Counted from the stretch's first letter, positions 20,528-31,264 are shown. The stretch: DNA of 64,000 nucleotides from Candidatus Eiseniibacteriota bacterium (GCA_041946735.1 JBHGAY010000022.1:29400-93399), one strand, 5' to 3'. The notes: a model not told the origin generated them from the letters alone. Made by a program: numbers and translations.

Positions 20528-20839
20528 ATGCAGGACTTCCGCAAGCTGATGAAGCAGGCGAAGGAGATGCAGGAGCGGATGGCGCAGATGCAGGAGCAGC
20601 TCTCCCGCGAGGAGGTCGACGGCTCCGCCGGCGGAGGCATGGTCACCGTCCGGATGAATGGGCGCCACGAGATCGTGAAGGTGACGATCGACAAGCAGGT
20701 GGTCGACCCGGAGGACGTCGAGATGCTCGAGGACTTGATCGCCGCCGCGGTGAACGACGCCCGCACGAAGGTCGAGGAGAAGATGCAGGGGGAGATGGGG
20801 AAGCTGACCGGCGGCCTCGGGATGCCGGGGCTCTTCTAG
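20528..20839 (+). CDS. ybaB: YbaB/EbfC nucleoid-associated protein
   Basis: GSAGGGMVTV..DVEMLEDLIAAAVNDA; sits between dnaX and recR. Confidence 0.95.
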   Translation: MQDFRKLMKQAKEMQERMAQMQEQLSREEVDGSAGGGMVTVRMNGRHEIVKVTIDKQVVDPEDVEMLEDLIAAAVNDARTKVEEKMQGEMGKLTGGLGMPGLF

Positions 20840-20873
20840 CCGGGCCGGCGACTCTCGCACGGGCGCGCGCCGC

Positions 20874-21476
20874 ATGCAGTACAGCTCTCGCTATCTGGAA
20901 GACCTGGTCGATCAACTGTCCCGCCTGCCGGGGATCGGCAAGAAGACCGCGCAACGCCTCGCCTTCCATCTCCTGCGCGTCGAGACCGAGGAGGCGCTTG
21001 CGCTCTCGCACGCGATCGAGCGGGTGCGGCTCGAGGTCGCGACCTGCGAGCGATGCCACAACGTCGCCGAGACCCAGCCCTGCTACCTCTGCTCCGACGA
21101 CCGGCGCGACGGGTCGGTCCTGTGCGTCGTCGAGCAGCCGGGCGACGTCGTCGCGATCGAGCGCTCCGGCGCCTATCACGGCCGCTATCACGTCCTGCGC
21201 GGGGCCCTCTCGCCGCTCGACGGGATCACCCCCGCCGATCTCCGCCTGCACGAGCTGGCCGACCGCGTCCGCAACGAGGGGATCGTCGAGGTGATCGTCG
21301 CGACGAATCCGACGAACCAGGGGGAGGCGACCTCCCACTACCTGGCCGAGATGCTCTCCGGCCTCGGCGTCACGATCACGCGGATCGCGCGCGGCGTGCC
21401 GATGGGGTCGGACATCGAGCTGTCCGATCAGGCGACGCTCGCCCGTGCGATCGAGGGGCGCAAACGCCTCGCCTAG
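20874..21476 (+). CDS. recR: Recombination protein RecR
   Basis: LPGIGKKTAQRLA, C4 zinc finger, Toprim domain. Confidence 0.97.
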   Translation: MQYSSRYLEDLVDQLSRLPGIGKKTAQRLAFHLLRVETEEALALSHAIERVRLEVATCERCHNVAETQPCYLCSDDRRDGSVLCVVEQPGDVVAIERSGAYHGRYHVLRGALSPLDGITPADLRLHELADRVRNEGIVEVIVATNPTNQGEATSHYLAEMLSGLGVTITRIARGVPMGSDIELSDQATLARAIEGRKRLA

Positions 21477-21490
21477 CCGCCGGCTCAGGG

Positions 21491-21988
21491 ATGCCGCTCC
21501 GCGCCACCGGCGCCACCGGCTCCACCCGCTTCGCCGGCCTCGCCCGCTTCGTCGCCACCTTCGCCTACATCGGACACCTTCCGCTGGCGCCCGGCACCTG
21601 GGCCGCGGCCGTGACGCTCGCCGCGTGGCTGCTCCTGCCTCCGGTCGCGTGGCCGCTCCAGATCGCCATCGCGATCGCCGGGATCGTGATCGGCACGAGC
21701 GCATCGGGAGCGGTGGAGTCGTACTATGGACACGACAGCCGTCACGTGGTGATCGATGAGGTGGCGGGGGCCGCCCTCGCGGTGGCCGGCTTCGAGCCGC
21801 GGATCGGGATCGCGATCGCCGGCTTCCTGCTCTTCCGCCTCTTCGACATCGCGAAGCCGCCGCCGATCTACCAGCTCCAGGCGCTGCGCGGCGGCGTCGG
21901 CGTGATGGCCGACGACGTGGCGGCCGGGATCCTCGCGAACGTGCTGATCCGGATCGGGATGGCGGCAATGGGCGTCGGCGCAGCGTGA
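21491..21988 (+). CDS. pgpA: Phosphatidylglycerophosphatase A
   Basis: APGTW, VVIDEVAG, FRLFDIAKP, GVMADDVAAG. Confidence 0.92.
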   Translation: MPLRATGATGSTRFAGLARFVATFAYIGHLPLAPGTWAAAVTLAAWLLLPPVAWPLQIAIAIAGIVIGTSASGAVESYYGHDSRHVVIDEVAGAALAVAGFEPRIGIAIAGFLLFRLFDIAKPPPIYQLQALRGGVGVMADDVAAGILANVLIRIGMAAMGVGAA

Positions 21989-22033
21989 TGGAGGACGGGC
22001 AGGCGTGAGGCCGCGGGGAGGACGAGCAAGACG

Positions 22034-23293
22034 ATGATCTGGATCGAGGTGATCACGATCGGCGGAGAGATCCTCTCCGGACGCACCCGCGACTCGAACT
22101 TCGCCTTCCTCGCCAATGGGCTCGCCGCCGCCGGACTCGCCTGCCGCCGCCACACGACGGTCGGCGACGATCGCGAGCCGCTCGCGCAAGCGATCGAGGA
22201 GGCGCTCGCGCGAGCCGACGTCGTCCTGACGACGGGCGGGCTCGGGCCCACCCCCGATGACATCACGCGGAAGGTCCTCGCGACGGTGCTCAAGCGCCAG
22301 CTCGTCCTGCGCGAGGACGTGGTGGCGACGCTCGAGGAGCGCTACGCGCGCATGGGACGGATCCCGCCGGCGAACTTCCAGGCGCAGGCGCTGATCCCGC
22401 TCGGCGCCGACCTGATCGAGAACGAGATCGGCACCGCCCCCGGCATCCGGATCGGGACGCAGGACGGCCGCTTCCTCTACGCGATGCCGGGCGTGCCGCA
22501 CGAGATGGAGCGGATGGCGGCCCGGTTCGTGCTTCCCGAGATCGCGCGCGCCGCGCCGGGCCCGCGCCGCGCTTCGCGGACGGTGCGGACCGTCGGCCTG
22601 GTCGAGATGAAGCTGGTCGAGATCCTGCGGCCGATCGTCCCGCCAGAGGTGTCGGTCGCCTACCTTCCGAATCTCGGGAAGGTCGATCTGCGGTTCGATC
22701 TCGAAGGGGAGACCGCCGAGGCGGAGGCGATCCTCGAGCGCCTGGTCGGGACGGTGCGCGAGCGGCTCGGGCCGGCCGTCTACGCGGAAGGGGAGGAGGA
22801 TCTCGAGGAGGTCGTCGGGCGGGCGCTCGTCGATCGCGGGTGGAAGCTCGCCGTCGCGGAGTCGCTGACCGGCGGGGGCATCGGCCGGCGGCTCGTGCGC
22901 GTGGCGGGCGCCTCGCGCTACCTGCTCGGGGATCTCGTCGCGTACGACAACGGCGCGAAGGTTGCGCTGCTCGGGGTGCCGGAGGCGTGGATCCGCGAGC
23001 ATGGGGCGGTGAGCGGGCCGGTCGCGGAGGCGATGGCGTCGGGCGCACGCGAGCGCTTCGGCGCCGATCTCGCCGTCGCGACGACCGGGATCGCGGGGCC
23101 CGAGGGCGGAACGGTCGAGAAGCCGGTGGGGCTGGTCTATTTCGGGCTCGCGTGGGCGGGCGGACGCGTGTCGATCCGGCGGCATCTCGCCGGGGGCGGC
23201 GGACGTGAGCCGGTCCTCGAGAGGACGACCACCGTCGCGCTCGACCTCGTCCGGCGCGCGGCGCTCGACCTGCCGATCGGCGCGAGCGACTGA
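22034..23293 (+). CDS. cinA: CinA protein (MoCF-binding-like plus PncC NMN deamidase)
   Basis: TGGLGPTPDDIT, AESLTGG, TTGIAGP. Confidence 0.95.
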   Translation: MIWIEVITIGGEILSGRTRDSNFAFLANGLAAAGLACRRHTTVGDDREPLAQAIEEALARADVVLTTGGLGPTPDDITRKVLATVLKRQLVLREDVVATLEERYARMGRIPPANFQAQALIPLGADLIENEIGTAPGIRIGTQDGRFLYAMPGVPHEMERMAARFVLPEIARAAPGPRRASRTVRTVGLVEMKLVEILRPIVPPEVSVAYLPNLGKVDLRFDLEGETAEAEAILERLVGTVRERLGPAVYAEGEEDLEEVVGRALVDRGWKLAVAESLTGGGIGRRLVRVAGASRYLLGDLVAYDNGAKVALLGVPEAWIREHGAVSGPVAEAMASGARERFGADLAVATTGIAGPEGGTVEKPVGLVYFGLAWAGGRVSIRRHLAGGGGREPVLERTTTVALDLVRRAALDLPIGASD

Positions 23294-23399
23294 GACGCGC
23301 GCCGACGCGCGCGATGGAGCGACGAAGAGCCGACGAGCGAGCGACCGACCGGGCGAAGAAGGGCCAAGGAGCGACGAGCCAAGGAGCGAAGGAGCCACG

Positions 23400-24035
23400 A
23401 TGGAGAAGCCGACGCGGACGTTTGCGGCGTTCACGATCGATCCGTCCGTGAAGGAGGAGATCGGCAGGCTCTCGCGCGAGGCGGCCGCGACCCCGGAGGG
23501 CCGGGAGCTGCGCTGGGTGAAGCCGGAGGTGATGCATCTGACCGTCCGCTTCTTCGGCGACCTCGATCGCAAGCAGGTGGCGCGCGCGCGCACGGCGATC
23601 TCGGGGCTCGATGGCGCGTGGGAGGCGCCGTCCCTCCGGCTCGGGCACATCGGCGCGTTCCCCTCGCTGCGCCGCGCGCAGGTCGTCTGGCTTGGCCTCG
23701 AGGACGAGAAGGAAGGGGCGCTCGCGGCGCTCGCCGCGCAGGCGGACCATGCGATCCGCGTCTCGGGATTCGGCCCGGCGGACAAGCCGTTCGTCGGCCA
23801 CATCACGCTCGCGCGCACCCCGCGGGGCGGGGGACGGGCGCCGGAGCTGACGGCGTGGGCGGCCCGTTTGACAGTCCCTCAAACCGCCTTTACGATTCGC
23901 ACCATTACGCTTTTCGAGAGCGATCTGCGCCCGGAGGGGCCGGTCTACACGCCCCTCGCGATCGCTCATCCCCGCGTCCCGGGAGAGGGGACGGCGGGGG
24001 ACCGCGACCGGAGCGATCCGGCGAACGAGCCATAG
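23400..24035 (+). CDS. thpR: RNA 2',3'-cyclic phosphodiesterase (2H family)
   Basis: Two HxT motifs (HLT, HIT) and S.L.P.GPVY; AAGGAG RBS. Confidence 0.9.
   Translation: MEKPTRTFAAFTIDPSVKEEIGRLSREAAATPEGRELRWVKPEVMHLTVRFFGDLDRKQVARARTAISGLDGAWEAPSLRLGHIGAFPSLRRAQVVWLGLEDEKEGALAALAAQADHAIRVSGFGPADKPFVGHITLARTPRGGGRAPELTAWAARLTVPQTAFTIRTITLFESDLRPEGPVYTPLAIAHPRVPGEGTAGDRDRSDPANEP
23868..23896 (+). promoter_or_regulatory. sigma70 promoter TTGACA-N17-TACGAT inside thpR, likely for recA
   Basis: Perfect -35, 17-nt spacer, local AT-rich patch about 215 nt before recA. Confidence 0.65.
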
Positions 24036-24110
24036 TCACAATCCGTGCCTCCACGCGCCCGGCGGACCGGGCAGGGTCCGGAGCTCTGCTTAAGGAAGGA
24101 GAACCCTCGG

Positions 24111-25313
24111 ATGGGTGAGGACAAGGGGCAGGAGAGGAAGAAGGCGCTGGAGCTGGCGATCAGCGGGATCGAGAAGTCGTTCGGGAAGGGCTCGATCATC
24201 CGCCTGGGCGACCAGCAGGCGGTCGTCGAGACCGAGGTGATCCCCAGCGGATCGCTCGGGCTCGACCTCGCGCTCGGCGTCGGAGGGCTCCCGCGCGGGC
24301 GCGTGCTCGAGATCTTCGGGCCGGAGTCTTCGGGGAAGACGACGCTCACGCTCGCGATGATCGCGAGCGCGCAGCGGCTCGGCGGCACCGCGGTCTTCAT
24401 CGACGCGGAGCACGCCCTCCAGCCGTCCTACGCGAAGCAGCTCGGGGTCGACATCGACAACCTGCACGTGAGCCAGCCCGACACGGGAGAGGAGGCGCTC
24501 GAGATCGCCGACCAGCTCGTGCGCAGCGGCGCGGTCGACATGATCGTCATCGACTCGGTCGCGGCGCTCGTGCCGCGCGCCGAGATCGAGGGGGAGATGG
24601 GCGACGCTCACGTGGGACTCCAGGCGCGGCTGATGTCGCAGGCGCTGCGCAAGCTCTCCGGCTCGATCAGCCGCAGCAAGGCGATCGTCGTCTTCATCAA
24701 CCAGATCCGGATGAAGATCGGCGTCCTCTTCGGCAACCCCGAGACGACGCCGGGCGGCAACGCGCTGAAGTTCTTCTCGTCGGTGCGGCTCGACATCCGC
24801 AAGATCGCCTCGATCAAGGAGAAGGAGGTCGTGATCGGCAACCGGACGAAGGTCCGCGTGGTGAAGAACAAGGTGGCGGCGCCGTTCCGCGCGGCCGAGT
24901 TCGACATCATGTTCGACGAGGGGATTTCGCGGACCGGCGAGCTGATCGACCTGGGCGTCGAGGCGGGAATCCTGCAGAAAACCGGCACGTGGATCTCCTA
25001 CGGGGACGAGCGGCTCGGCCAGGGTCGCGAGAACTCGCGCCAGACGCTGCGCGAGAACCCGCAGATGTCCGCGAAGATCGAGCGGCAGATCCGCGACGCG
25101 CTGGGACTGCCTACGCCGGGCGAGACGGCCGGGACGAAGGCGAAGGGCGACGCTGCGAAGGGCGAGGCGGCGAAGGGCGAGGGCGGCAAGCCGGAAGGTG
25201 CCGGGAAGCCGAAGGCCGCCGAGGCGGCGGCCGTCAAGGGCGTCGCCGACAAGACGGCGGCTGCGGCGGACGCGAAGGGCAACGGCTCGCGCGAGCGGAA
25301 GGGACGCGCCTGA
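24111..25313 (+). CDS. recA: Recombinase RecA
   Basis: [24 protein letters not shown]; Lys/Ala-rich C-terminal extension. Confidence 0.99.
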   Translation: MGEDKGQERKKALELAISGIEKSFGKGSIIRLGDQQAVVETEVIPSGSLGLDLALGVGGLPRGRVLEIFGPESSGKTTLTLAMIASAQRLGGTAVFIDAEHALQPSYAKQLGVDIDNLHVSQPDTGEEALEIADQLVRSGAVDMIVIDSVAALVPRAEIEGEMGDAHVGLQARLMSQALRKLSGSISRSKAIVVFINQIRMKIGVLFGNPETTPGGNALKFFSSVRLDIRKIASIKEKEVVIGNRTKVRVVKNKVAAPFRAAEFDIMFDEGISRTGELIDLGVEAGILQKTGTWISYGDERLGQGRENSRQTLRENPQMSAKIERQIRDALGLPTPGETAGTKAKGDAAKGEAAKGEGGKPEGAGKPKAAEAAAVKGVADKTAAAADAKGNGSRERKGRA

Positions 25314-25984
25314 GAAGGGGCTTTCGTTCCTCGGGCGGGGAGAAACCGGGGCAACCGGAGAGGCCGGGGAGGCCGGATAAGAAGTCCCCGCAGACGGCGC
25401 TCGCCGTCGCGTGCCGCTACGTGGCCACGCGCGAGCGGTGCGCCGCGCAGGTGCGGGAGTACCTCGCGCGCAAGCGGTTCGCGAAGGAGGAGATCGAGGC
25501 GGCGATCGAGACTATGGTCTCGCGCCGCCTGATCGACGATGCGCGCTTCGCCCGGGTCTGGGTCGAGGCGCGCGCCCGTAGCTCCCCGAGGGCGGGGCGC
25601 CTGCTCATCGCCGAGCTACGGGCGAAGGGGATCGACGGCGAGACGGCGCGCGAGGCGGTCGCGCGCTTCCTCGAGGAGGTGCCGGAGGAGGAGCTGGCCG
25701 AGCGGGTCCTTGCGCGGCGGCGCGGGCGCGCGGCGGGAGCGGCGGCCGGGACGCCGGGCGGAGAGCGCGAGGATCGGGAGCGGACGGCGCGCGCGCTGAC
25801 CTCCCGAGGCTTCCGCTCCTCGTTCGCGCTGTCGAAGGCGAAGGCGAAGGCGGCGCGGCACTCCGAAGGTCAGACGGACGACGACGACCACGCTGATGAG
25901 GACGAGACGCCGCGCGACAAGCAGCGGCGCCCCACGCATCACGAGGAACCACGGGAAGGAGACGATGGAACGACTGTCGCGTGA
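25310..25984 (+). CDS. recX: Regulatory protein RecX (start uncertain)
   Basis: RER...VREYL..K.F..EEIE..I..M...LIDDARFA...ELRAKGI; follows recA; start is CTG 25310 or GTG 25421. Confidence 0.8.
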   Translation: MRRGFRSSGGEKPGQPERPGRPDKKSPQTALAVACRYVATRERCAAQVREYLARKRFAKEEIEAAIETMVSRRLIDDARFARVWVEARARSSPRAGRLLIAELRAKGIDGETAREAVARFLEEVPEEELAERVLARRRGRAAGAAAGTPGGEREDRERTARALTSRGFRSSFALSKAKAKAARHSEGQTDDDDHADEDETPRDKQRRPTHHEEPREGDDGTTVA

Positions 25985-28577
25985 GATCCGATCGAAGTTC
26001 GTGGAGTTCTGGCGGGCGAAGGACCACCGGATCGTGAAGAGCGCTCCACTCGTCCCTCGCGAGGATCCCACGCTGCTGTTCACCTCCGCGGGGATGGTGC
26101 AGTTCAAGAAGTACTACGCCTCGAAGGAGCCGCTCGAGTTCCGGCGCGCCGTCACGGTGCAGAAATGCCTGCGCGCGTCCGATCTGGAGAGCGTCGGCTA
26201 CACGCCGCGCCACTGCACCTTCTTCGAGATGCTCGGCCACTTCAGCTTCGGCGACTACTTCAAGCGCGAGGCGATCGCCTGGAACTGGGAGTTCTTCACG
26301 AAGGTGATCCCGCTCCCGGTCGAGAAGCTGCGCCCGTCGGTCTTCGAGCGCGACGAGGAGGCGTTCGCGATCTGGCGCGACGAGATCGGGATCCGTCCCG
26401 AATGGATCTTCCGGCTGACGGCGAAGGACAACTTCTGGGGGCCGGCCGGGGACACGGGCGCGTGCGGCCCCTCGAGCGAGCTGTACTACGATCTCGGCCC
26501 GGAGCTGGGATGCGGCCGGCCGGGCTGCGGCCCGGGATGCGACTGCGACCGGTGGATCGAGGTCGGCAACTTCGTCTTTCCGCAGTTCGACCGCCAGCCG
26601 GACGGCAGCGACTTGCCGCTCGCGAATCGCGGCATCGACACCGGGATCGGGCTCGAGCGGCTCACGATGGTCTACGCCGGCAAGAAGACGATCTACGAGA
26701 CGGACCTCTTCGTCCCGCTGATTGAGAAGATCGCCTCGCTCGGCGCCGCTCCCTACGAGGGGGATCACAAGCCGGCGTATCACATCATCGCCGACCACGC
26801 CCGCGCGCTCACCTTCGCGCTGACCGAGGGGGTGCTGCCGGGCAACGAGGGGCGCGGCTACGTCATCCGCCGCCTGCTGCGCCGCGCCGCCGTGCAGGGG
26901 CATCGCCTCGGGATCCGCGAGCCGTTCCTGACGAAGCTCGCCGCCGTCGTCGCCGAGGAGATGGGGCCGGTCTATCCCGAGCTGTCCGAGGCGCGCGAGG
27001 CGGTGCGTGTCGCGCTGCAAGGCGAGGAGGAGCGGTTCCAGGGGACCCTCGAGCAGGGGCTCGCCCGTTTCGAGGAGATCGCCTCGCGCTCTCCCGAGAC
27101 GATCGATGGCCGGGACGCGTTCGTCCTCTACGACACCTACGGCTTCCCGATCGACCTGACCGAGGCGCTGGCGCGCGAACGCGGCCTCGCCGTCGACACC
27201 GGCGGCTTCGAGCGGGAGATGGAGGGGCAGCGCGAGCGCTCGCGCGCGACCGCGACCTTCTACAAGTCCCAGGGCGAGGATCTGGAGTGGCAGGTCCTCT
27301 CGGACGGTCCGCACTCCCGCTTCGTCGGTTACGAGACGCTGGAGGTCGCCGCGACGCCCGTGCGCCGGGTCGCGCCGGTTCCGGGCGCGGAAGGCGAGTG
27401 GTGGGTCGTCGTCGAGACGACGCCGTTCTACGCCGAGTCGGGCGGGCAGGTCGGCGACGTCGGCACGATCGAGGGCGCCGGCCTCGCGGGGGAGGTGCTC
27501 GACACGAAGTCCGTCGAGAAAGAGACGCGCCACCGCGTCCGGCTTTCGACGGGATCGTGGGGCCCCGGGATGCAGGTGGCGCTCCGAGTCGATCGCGAGG
27601 CGCGGAACGCGACGCGCCGCAACCACACGGCGACGCACCTGCTGCACGCCGCGCTACGCGGCCTCCTCGGCAAGCACGTTACGCAGGCCGGCTCGCTCGT
27701 CGCGCCCCACCGGCTGCGGTTCGACTTCACGCACACGCGGCCGATGACGCCGGAGGAGATCGAGGCGGTCGAGCGCGCGGTGAACGAGCAGGTGATGGCC
27801 GACACCGCGGTCGTCGTCCGCGAGTCGAGCTACGAGGAGGCGATCCGCGAAGGCGTGATGGCGCTCTTCGGCGAGAAGTACGAGGACCGGGTGCGGCGCA
27901 TCGGCGTCCCGGGCTACAGCGAGGAGCTGTGCGGCGGGACGCACGTGGCGCGGACCGGCGAGATCGGGCCGTTCGTGATCCTCTCCGAGACAGGGATCGC
28001 GGCCGGCGTCCGGCGCATCGAGGCGCAGACCGGCGCCGGGGCGTTGGAGGTCCGACAGCGCGAGCGTCACGTGATCGACGCGCTGCGACACCAGCTCCAG
28101 GGATCGAGGGAGGAGCTGCCGCAGCGGGTGCAGGCGCTCTTCGAGGAGATGCAGAAGCTGCGCAAGGAGAACCAGCAGCTCCGCACGCGCGGCGCGCAGG
28201 ACGAGCTGGCGGGAATCTGGGAGCGCGTGCGCCAGCATCCGGGCGGGCGCTCGCTCGTCGCGGAGATCGAGGTCGAGTCGACCGAGGGACTGCGGGAGCT
28301 GGGGGACCGCGTCCGCCAGAAGCTCGGCAGCGGCGCGGCGCTCCTCGCCGCGCGCGCGGGTGCGAAGACGACGCTCCTCGCCGTCGTCACGGAGGATCTC
28401 GTCGCCGCAGGCAAGGCGCGCGCCGACCAGATCGTGCGCGAGGCGGCGCAGCTCGCCGGGGGCAACGGGGGAGGCCGCCCGCAGATGGCGATGGCCGGGC
28501 TCGCCGATCCGGAGAAGCTTCCGCTCGTGATCGAGGCGATGACGGGCCGCCTCGAGGCGCTTCTGAGCGGCGCATGA
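25965..28577 (+). CDS. alaS: Alanine--tRNA ligase
   Basis: DPTLLFTSAGM, FEMLG, HTATHLLH, ELCGGTH, GGGRP. Confidence 0.99.
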   Translation: MERLSREIRSKFVEFWRAKDHRIVKSAPLVPREDPTLLFTSAGMVQFKKYYASKEPLEFRRAVTVQKCLRASDLESVGYTPRHCTFFEMLGHFSFGDYFKREAIAWNWEFFTKVIPLPVEKLRPSVFERDEEAFAIWRDEIGIRPEWIFRLTAKDNFWGPAGDTGACGPSSELYYDLGPELGCGRPGCGPGCDCDRWIEVGNFVFPQFDRQPDGSDLPLANRGIDTGIGLERLTMVYAGKKTIYETDLFVPLIEKIASLGAAPYEGDHKPAYHIIADHARALTFALTEGVLPGNEGRGYVIRRLLRRAAVQGHRLGIREPFLTKLAAVVAEEMGPVYPELSEAREAVRVALQGEEERFQGTLEQGLARFEEIASRSPETIDGRDAFVLYDTYGFPIDLTEALARERGLAVDTGGFEREMEGQRERSRATATFYKSQGEDLEWQVLSDGPHSRFVGYETLEVAATPVRRVAPVPGAEGEWWVVVETTPFYAESGGQVGDVGTIEGAGLAGEVLDTKSVEKETRHRVRLSTGSWGPGMQVALRVDREARNATRRNHTATHLLHAALRGLLGKHVTQAGSLVAPHRLRFDFTHTRPMTPEEIEAVERAVNEQVMADTAVVVRESSYEEAIREGVMALFGEKYEDRVRRIGVPGYSEELCGGTHVARTGEIGPFVILSETGIAAGVRRIEAQTGAGALEVRQRERHVIDALRHQLQGSREELPQRVQALFEEMQKLRKENQQLRTRGAQDELAGIWERVRQHPGGRSLVAEIEVESTEGLRELGDRVRQKLGSGAALLAARAGAKTTLLAVVTEDLVAAGKARADQIVREAAQLAGGNGGGRPQMAMAGLADPEKLPLVIEAMTGRLEALLSGA

Positions 28578-29440
28578 GCGGCTCTCCGCGGAGAGTCCTG
28601 CTGACCGGCGCCTCGGGCCTCCTCGGGAGCGCCGTCGCGCCGTTGCTTCGCTCCATCCCCGGGATCGAGGTCGAGGCGCCGGGGATGGCGCAGTTCGACC
28701 TCACGCTCCCCGAGACGATCGAGGCGGCGCTCGAGCGCGCGCGCCCCGATGTCGTCCTGCACCTGGCCGCCGAGACGCGGGTCGACTGGTGCGAGGAGCA
28801 CGCCGAGGAGGCGTTCCGCGTGAACACGGCCGGGACGGCGCTCGTGGCGCGCGCGGCCGAGGCGCGCGGGGCGCGTCTCGTGTTCGTCTCGACCGACTAC
28901 GTGTTCGACGGCGCCGCGCGCTCCCCCTACTCCGAGGACCATGCGACCCGGGCGCTGAACGTCTATGGCAGAAGCAAGGAAGAGGCCGAGAAGGCGGTCG
29001 CCTCGACCGCCGGCGACCGGCTGATCGTCCGCTCGTCGGGGCTCTACGGCGCCGGCGGCAAGAACTTCGTCGACACGATCCGGGCGAAGGCGCACCGCGG
29101 CGAGCGGCTCGCCGTCGTCGACGACCAGGTGCAGTCGCCCACCTGGGTCGGCGATCTCGCGCCGGCGCTCGTGCGCGCCGCGCTCTCCGGCGCCCAGGGG
29201 ATCCTGCATCTCGCCTCCGACGGAGGGGGCTGCTCCTGGTTCGACTTCGCGCGCGAGATCCTCGCGCAGATCGGATCGCGCATCGCGTGCGACCCGATCC
29301 CGGCGTCTCGCGCAGGGCGGCCGGCTCCCCGGCCCGCCTATTCGGTCCTCGACGTCAGCCGCGCTCGCGACACGCTCTCGATCCGCATGCCGCACTGGCG
29401 GGACGGTCTAACGCGCTACCTTTCGGGAGGGGAGAGATGA
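28574..29440 (+). CDS. rfbD: dTDP-4-dehydrorhamnose reductase
   Basis: GASGLLG, STDYVFDG, YGRSK, RPAYSVL. Confidence 0.93.
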   Translation: MSGSPRRVLLTGASGLLGSAVAPLLRSIPGIEVEAPGMAQFDLTLPETIEAALERARPDVVLHLAAETRVDWCEEHAEEAFRVNTAGTALVARAAEARGARLVFVSTDYVFDGAARSPYSEDHATRALNVYGRSKEEAEKAVASTAGDRLIVRSSGLYGAGGKNFVDTIRAKAHRGERLAVVDDQVQSPTWVGDLAPALVRAALSGAQGILHLASDGGGCSWFDFAREILAQIGSRIACDPIPASRAGRPAPRPAYSVLDVSRARDTLSIRMPHWRDGLTRYLSGGER

Positions 29441-30318
29441 TCCAGGCCGTCCTCCAGCAAATCCGCGTCAAGCAGTGGACGAAGAACCTGATCCTCTTCG
29501 CGGGAGTGATCTTCTCGCACCAGTTCCTTGTCGGGCAGGAGATGGCGCGGGCGGCGATGGGGTTCGTCGCTTTCTGTCTCCTCTCCTCGGCGATCTACAT
29601 CCTGAACGACCTGATCGACATCGAGTCCGACCGCGTGCATCCGCGCAAGCGGTTCCGGCCGCTGCCCTCCGGGCGCCTGCCGATCGCGACCGCCTGGTCG
29701 CTGATGCTCCTGCTCGTCCTGACCGGCGGGACGATGTCGCTCCTGCTCGGCAGGAACTTCGCGCTCACCGCGGGCGGCTACCTGGCGCTGAACATCCTCT
29801 ACACGCTGATCCTGAAGCGGGTGGTGATGCTCGACGTCCTGTCGATCTCGATCGGCTTCGTGCTGCGCGCGGCCGCCGGGGTGGCCGTCCTGTCGCACCC
29901 GGTCGAGCTGTCCCCGTGGCTGCTGCTCTGCACCTTCTTCCTGGCGCTGTTTCTCGCCGTGTCGAAGCGGCGGCACGAGCGGTTCCTGCTGGCCGAGCAG
30001 GCGGAGCAGCACCGCCGCACCCTGGCGGAGTACCCGCAGGAGCTTGTCGATCAGATGATCCCGGTCGTCACGGCGGCGACCGTCATCTCCTACGCGATCT
30101 ATACCGTCTCGCCGGGGACGGTCGCGCGCGTCGGCGGCTCGGGGCTCGTCTACACGGTGCCGTTCGTCGTCTTCGGCGTCTTCCGCTACCTCTACCTCGT
30201 CTTCCGCAGGATGCAGGGAGGCTCCCCCTCCGACACGCTCCTCACCGATCCGCCGACCCTGGTCAACATCGTCCTCTGGCTCGGCGTCGTCCTCGCGATC
30301 CTCTATGGGCGGGGGTGA
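29437..30318 (+). CDS. UbiA-family decaprenyl-phosphate phosphoribosyltransferase-like membrane protein
   Basis: QWTKNL, YILNDLIDIESDRVHPRKRFRP, LAVSKRRHE; multiple TM helices. Confidence 0.88.
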   Translation: MIQAVLQQIRVKQWTKNLILFAGVIFSHQFLVGQEMARAAMGFVAFCLLSSAIYILNDLIDIESDRVHPRKRFRPLPSGRLPIATAWSLMLLLVLTGGTMSLLLGRNFALTAGGYLALNILYTLILKRVVMLDVLSISIGFVLRAAAGVAVLSHPVELSPWLLLCTFFLALFLAVSKRRHERFLLAEQAEQHRRTLAEYPQELVDQMIPVVTAATVISYAIYTVSPGTVARVGGSGLVYTVPFVVFGVFRYLYLVFRRMQGGSPSDTLLTDPPTLVNIVLWLGVVLAILYGRG

Positions 30319-31264
30319 GAGCCGGGCGGAGCCGGAAGCCCCCGCCCCCACGCCCGACCCCGCTCTGCGCATCCGCGCGCGCGCCAAGCTGAACCTCGGC
30401 CTCGAGGTGCTCGGCCGCCGCCCCGACGGCTACCACGAGATCCGCTCGATCGTTCAATCGGTCCGCCTCGCCGACGAGCTGGAGATCCGAGCGCGGCGGG
30501 ACGGACGGCTGCGCCTGCGATGTCCCGGCTCCGACCTGCCCGAGGACGAGGAGAACCTCGTCCTCCGCGCCGCTCGTCTGTTGCAGGAGCGGCACGCGCC
30601 GCCCGGGGCCGGCGCGAGCTTCACGCTCCGCAAGCGGATCCCGATCGGGGCCGGCCTCGGTGGGGGATCGAGCGACGCGGCTGCCGCACTCGCCGGGCTC
30701 TCGCGCGTGTGGGGCCTCCGACTCCCGCTCCGGCGTCTCGAGGAGCTTGCCGCGGAGGTCGGCTCCGACGTCCCGTTCTTCCTCCGCGGCGGGACGCAAC
30801 TCGTGCGCGGGCGCGGAGAAAGGCTCCGTCCCCTGCCGTCCGCCCTCGCCCTTCCGGTCCTGATCGCCTATCCAAGTCTTTTCATTTCCACGGCTTCGAT
30901 CTATTCGTCGGGAAATTTCGCGTTGACAGCCGAACGACCGCTACCTAGACTCCGTACTTGCGACTTGACAACCCTTTCCGGGGCATACCGTTGCCTCCGC
31001 GGTCTCCGGAACGATCTGGAGCCTGTGGTGACAGCGAGGCACGGAAGGGTCGCACGTCTGCTGGCGGAATTGAGGGCGTTCCACCCAGCGGTCGTCAGGG
31101 TCACGGGAAGCGGATCGAGCGTCTTCGTCATGGACGAGGACGAACGGTTGCTGTCCCGAATCCTGAGGGAAGCTTCGGTCGGGGACTGCCGGGTGTATGC
31201 AACCCGGTTCGCAAGGAGGGGGTTGGTCTCCGTCGTTCCTCGACCTGCCGGGAACGACATCTGA
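30305..31264 (+). CDS. ispE: 4-(cytidine 5'-diphospho)-2-C-methyl-D-erythritol kinase
   Basis: AKLNLGL..RPDGYHE, PIGAGLGGGSSDAA, GSDVPFF, TGSGSSVF. Confidence 0.95.
   Translation: MGGGESRAEPEAPAPTPDPALRIRARAKLNLGLEVLGRRPDGYHEIRSIVQSVRLADELEIRARRDGRLRLRCPGSDLPEDEENLVLRAARLLQERHAPPGAGASFTLRKRIPIGAGLGGGSSDAAAALAGLSRVWGLRLPLRRLEELAAEVGSDVPFFLRGGTQLVRGRGERLRPLPSALALPVLIAYPSLFISTASIYSSGNFALTAERPLPRLRTCDLTTLSGAYRCLRGLRNDLEPVVTARHGRVARLLAELRAFHPAVVRVTGSGSSVFVMDEDERLLSRILREASVGDCRVYATRFARRGLVSVVPRPAGNDI
30923..30951 (+). promoter_or_regulatory. sigma70 promoter TTGACA-N17-TAGACT inside ispE
   Basis: Near-perfect consensus with an AT-rich upstream segment; upstream of spoVG-tRNA-prs-rplY. Confidence 0.65.
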
